This document shows, one piece after another, positions 60,910 to 64,000 of a DNA stretch of 64,000 nt; position 1 is the stretch's first letter; each line of letters opens with the position of its first letter. A model generated the notes under the pieces. The model was not told the origin of the DNA. It saw only the letters and a list, made by a program, of their open reading frames with translations, and did no database searches. The position numbers and the translations under genes are program-made. This DNA comes from Fimbriimonadales bacterium (GTDB lineage: Bacteria > Armatimonadota > Fimbriimonadia > Fimbriimonadales > ATM1), in NCBI GenBank assembly GCA_051003155.1, contig JBPCLO010000051.1, positions 126,633 to 190,632 on the forward strand, given 5' to 3'.

Positions 60910-61060
60910 TTGAACATGAATCTCCTCACCGTCAAACTCCAAGCCCAAAACCACCTTCGAAACCCTCGACACGAGAGTCCGGCTATCCACGAATATAGCG
61001 AAAGGAACCTCGACCCCCTGCGCCTTATTCTCGCAGCCAAGCGTCAAAGATTCCCGCACC
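60910..61060 (+). pseudogene. Remnant of a second MerR-family gene
   Basis: EYSERNLDPLRLILAAKRQRFP vs EYEQADLERLRLIVAAKRQRFP in the intact merR; TRESGY in a shifted frame. Confidence 0.75.
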
Positions 61061-61196
61061 CGCCCTGCGATGGGCTGGGCAGTACTGGAGGGCAAAAGCG
61101 ATTCGTTAGAACGCCGACGAGCCTTATTTCTAGCGTCGTCGGGATCAGGCGCAGTATATGGCACAACAGCAAGAAGAGAGAGGTAACTTCGATGCA

Positions 61197-61597
61197 ATGG
61201 ACCTGACGTTTGAGACCCAAGGCATTGACCACGTGGCGCTCGGGGTGTCAGATCCACTAAGGGCAGCCAAGTGGTATTACGAGGTGCTCGGTCTAAAACG
61301 GCTTCACGAGAACGTCTGGGGAAAGTTTCCCGTTGTAATCGGAGCCGGGAGTACATCGATCGCTCTCTTCCCCATCCGGTGCGAGTGCGAGCCCCCGCCG
61401 GGCGCCAAACAATCGCGATGCGGCATCTTGCATTCAGGGTCGATGGGCCCAATTTCACCAAGGCCCAGGAGACGCTGCGGAGCCGCATGATCACCTTCGA
61501 GTTCCAAGACCACGCAATCTCGCACTCGATCTACTTCTCGGATCATGGTCACAAGCTGGAGGTCACCACGTATGATCTCGAGCCCGACGAGAACTGA
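61197..61597 (+). pseudogene. VOC/glyoxalase-family gene, frameshifted
   Basis: IDHVAL.V......WY..VLGL in one frame; HLAFRV...SIYFSD.GHKLE in another; shift near 61400. Confidence 0.8.
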
Positions 61598-61911
61598 TCG
61601 CACATCAAGCGACATCGTATGCGCCATTGGGAGTGACGCGAAGTAAGATGCTCCGCTGATGCGCCCGGGATCAGCACCACCACGTTCGCGCCAACTATCA
61701 GATGCTAAGAAACTGAAACTCGAAGGCTACACCGTCTGTTCCCCGAAGTCGCTTCCGAAGGCCACACCTTCCTCTGGTACGACGCGACACCGCGACCAAA
61801 ATTGTTGCAATGACCTGGCACTCAAACGTTTGGGCCCAAAGCCAATCTGGTTGTTAGATCATAGGCAGTCTCCTTCAAAGCGTGTTTGGAGAACACTCGT
61901 TCATACTTCAA

Positions 61912-62871
61912 ATGGACCCACCCATGTCATCGATACTAATTCTGCCCGATGGAATGAGGATCGACATCGAACCCGAGGAAACGATTCTTCAAGCTTGCAA
62001 GCGCGCGGGAATGCCGATCACTTGTGTATGTGGAGGCAGGGCACGCTGCTCGACCTGTCGCGTGCTTGTCCTCGAAGGACTGCATCATTGCGAACCACGG
62101 ACGGTAAAAGAGTGCGCAATGGCCGAACGGCTCGGCTTCGGCCCCGAGCTTCGTCTCGCGTGCCAAACGAGGGTGCGTGGAGAGATACGCCTCCGTCGTT
62201 TGGTTCTCGACGCCGAGGATATCGAACTCACGAATCAGACACGAGAAGGCGCAGTTGCAACGCACATTGGTGACGAGCGGCTTGTCGCGGTGATGTTTAC
62301 GGACATTCGGGACTTCACCTCGATGGCCGACGCGCTACCCCCATACGATGTCATACACTTCTTGAACCGCTTCTTTCGGGAGATGAGCCAAGCTATTGAA
62401 AGCCACGGAGGGGTGGTGAGCAATGTCATTGGCGACGGCATGCTTTCGGTTTTCGACCTGGAATGCACACCGGCGGCCAGCGTTATTGCCGCCGGATTGG
62501 ACATGCTCTCTAGGGTGGACGGCTCGCTCTCCGCGTATGTGCGATGCATCTACGGGCGCGAGCTGCGAGTCGGCTTGGGGGCACACTGCGGGGAGGTGAT
62601 TATCGGTCGCCTGGCAGGCTCCACTGCTCTCGCCGCCATTGGAGACACTGTGAATGTGGCGAGCCGCATTGAGGCGGCGAACAAGCAGCTCGGAACACGT
62701 TTTCTTATATCTTCTGATCTGCACTCCTTGGCCAAGTCTCAAATACGGACTCGACGGCATTGCGGCGTGAACTTGCCCGGAAAATCTGGAAGCTGCGTAC
62801 TTTGTGAGGTCAAGGGCTGGCGAAAGGGCTACCCTCGCCATAGTGATTCATCGGTAGCATTGCTTGTGTGA
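61912..62871 (+). CDS. 2Fe-2S ferredoxin fused to a class III nucleotide cyclase; start uncertain
   Basis: CGGRARCSTC...RLACQ; MFTDIRDFT, IGDG, GDTVNVASRIE. Confidence 0.9.
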   Translation: MDPPMSSILILPDGMRIDIEPEETILQACKRAGMPITCVCGGRARCSTCRVLVLEGLHHCEPRTVKECAMAERLGFGPELRLACQTRVRGEIRLRRLVLDAEDIELTNQTREGAVATHIGDERLVAVMFTDIRDFTSMADALPPYDVIHFLNRFFREMSQAIESHGGVVSNVIGDGMLSVFDLECTPAASVIAAGLDMLSRVDGSLSAYVRCIYGRELRVGLGAHCGEVIIGRLAGSTALAAIGDTVNVASRIEAANKQLGTRFLISSDLHSLAKSQIRTRRHCGVNLPGKSGSCVLCEVKGWRKGYPRHSDSSVALLV

Positions 62872-62884
62872 GAGGGGCCCTCAG

Positions 62885-63703
62885 TTACAGTTCCACGGGA
62901 ATGGCCGGATCGAAGCAAACTAACTCCACGTTGTTGCCCTCAGGGTCCCGTACGTACAGGGAGCGCCATTGCACCCAACAGTGCTCGGCCGTTTTAACGT
63001 GAAGTCCAAGCGCTTCGAGGCGGGCCCTTTCCGGCTCGAAATCCGCAAGGTCGATGCTGAACGCGATGTGATCTACGGTGCTGTGGTGGCCGTCGGGTGG
63101 ATTCTCGTCTCTGCGGAATAGAGCGAGAATCTGGGTGTGTCCCGCTTGACCTGCTGCAACTTTGAAAAATGCCGAAGTCGGAAAACGGCGCATGAGCTGC
63201 AACCCGATAAGATTTTCATAGAACGCATGCATCTGGTCCAGGTCGCGTACCTTGAAGGCAACTTCCCGGATCGCTTTAATCTTACACTCGGCCTCTGGAA
63301 ACCAATACTCCACGAGGTTATCGTCAAGGTCATAGAAGTAGTAGGATTCGCCCTTCATGCGTCCCTCCCACTTCTCCGGACCATAAACTGTTAAGCCGTG
63401 ATGACGCGCATTGTCCAGAAATGCCCCAAGTGATCCTGGGCGGGCCTGAAGGGCATAGTGAATAGGGCCGAAGCGCTGACCCTCCGGTCGAGGTGAATGC
63501 TGCTCATAAAGCAAGGTCCCGTTCCTTAGCCCGAGCCACTGCGGGTTGTCCTTCGAGGCGGTAGCGAAACCGGCCCACTCGTCGTTGGGCTCGTATAGCT
63601 GAGTTAGCCCCACAACATCGCGGTAAAAGGTCGCGGCTCGAAGGACACCCTTTACAACAAGGACTATTTCGTGAATACCAGCCGAATAGCTCGGAGTTTC
63701 CAT
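62885..63703 (-). CDS. Tandem two-module VOC/glyoxalase protein
   Basis: FYRDVVGL...YFYDLDDNLVE and FYENLIGL...HIAF...LYVRDPEGNNVEL. Confidence 0.85.
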   Translation of the reverse strand: METPSYSAGIHEIVLVVKGVLRAATFYRDVVGLTQLYEPNDEWAGFATASKDNPQWLGLRNGTLLYEQHSPRPEGQRFGPIHYALQARPGSLGAFLDNARHHGLTVYGPEKWEGRMKGESYYFYDLDDNLVEYWFPEAECKIKAIREVAFKVRDLDQMHAFYENLIGLQLMRRFPTSAFFKVAAGQAGHTQILALFRRDENPPDGHHSTVDHIAFSIDLADFEPERARLEALGLHVKTAEHCWVQWRSLYVRDPEGNNVELVCFDPAIPVEL

Positions 63704-63704
63704 A

Positions 63705-63815
63705 TCAGATGTCCACGTAAATCTCTCGGATGTTGCCTTCCGTATCTCTGAAGAACAACGTCATGCGCCCGTAATCATGGCACGTGACGGCTCCAGCACT
63801 TCGACCCCTTTGGTT
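63705..63815 (-). pseudogene. C-terminal remnant of another VOC gene
   Basis: Minus strand KGVEVLEP / TCHDYGRMTLFFRDTEGNIREIYVDI* with one frameshift; stop 1 nt before the next ATG. Confidence 0.65.
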
Positions 63816-63963
63816 TAGTCGCAGGCACGTCAGTATCTCAGCAAGATGAGGCCATTCCTCGTGGACCCCCTCTCATAACCTCGACCACAGGTTGCGGCTG
63901 TAGTGGTCTCTTAGGTTCAAAATCGGTCTGTTCGAACCATTCAGACGAGCAAGCAACGACATT

Positions 63964-64000
63964 ACACTGTAGGGGTCACTGGTTCAAGTCCAGTACCGCC
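63964..64000 (+). repeat. attR-like duplicate of the tRNA-Val 3' half (runs to window end)
   Basis: ACACTGTAGGGGTCACTGGTTCAAGTCCAGTACCGCC identical to 60044-60080; no tRNA 5' half upstream. Confidence 0.9.

Larger units (their letters stand above)
60044..64000. mobile_element. tRNA-Val-integrated genomic islet (~3.9 kb), no integrase
   Basis: 37 bp identity between 60044-60080 and 63964-64000; accessory and decayed cargo between. Confidence 0.8.

Noticed and set aside
61659..62273. 204-aa ORF in the islet
   Set aside because: Overlaps the cyclase out of frame and has no recognisable features.
61912..62871. Pycsar or CBASS-type defence system
   Set aside because: No adjacent cyclic-nucleotide-binding effector gene; the ferredoxin fusion points to signalling.
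63920..64000. Second tRNA-Val with TAC anticodon
   Set aside because: No acceptor 5' strand or D-arm upstream and the anticodon stem does not pair; better explained as an att repeat.

Overview
A GC-rich bacterial chromosomal window. Gene content and style suggest Armatimonadota (Fimbriimonadia-like); this is inference, not a search result. It is mostly housekeeping: efp-accB-like-accC-nusB-folD, ppk2, orphan nuoN, secA, dprA, tig-clpP-clpX, tyrA-aroA-cmk, pdp, rpsA, coaE, nadB, rex, tRNA-Met(CAT) and tRNA-Val(GAC). Secreted and membrane hypotheticals and several decayed accessory genes are interspersed. Most notable: (1) an uncharacterised five-gene envelope cluster at 49.3-57.9 kb (two CsgG/TolB-N-like proteins, a large secreted Ig-rich protein, an Ig + LptD-like beta-barrel), a candidate export or surface-assembly system; (2) an acc operon whose BCCP homologue lacks the biotinyl-lysine and is translationally coupled to a Cys-rich membrane protein and a pilin-like gene; (3) a ~3.9 kb integrase-less islet at tRNA-Val bounded by a >=37 bp repeat of the tRNA 3' half, carrying MerR, thioredoxin, VOC genes and a 2Fe-2S nucleotide cyclase with atypical specificity residues; (4) a REP-like palindrome in-frame inside cmk; (5) a symmetric bidirectional promoter between rex and tRNA-Val and a recurring GGTAnnnT -10 motif; (6) tandem divergent clpS genes next to pepC; (7) a DUF6754 + propeller-membrane protein pair. 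No CRISPR array, rRNA, transposase or integrase was seen. Product calls come from motif recognition by eye, not database searches.
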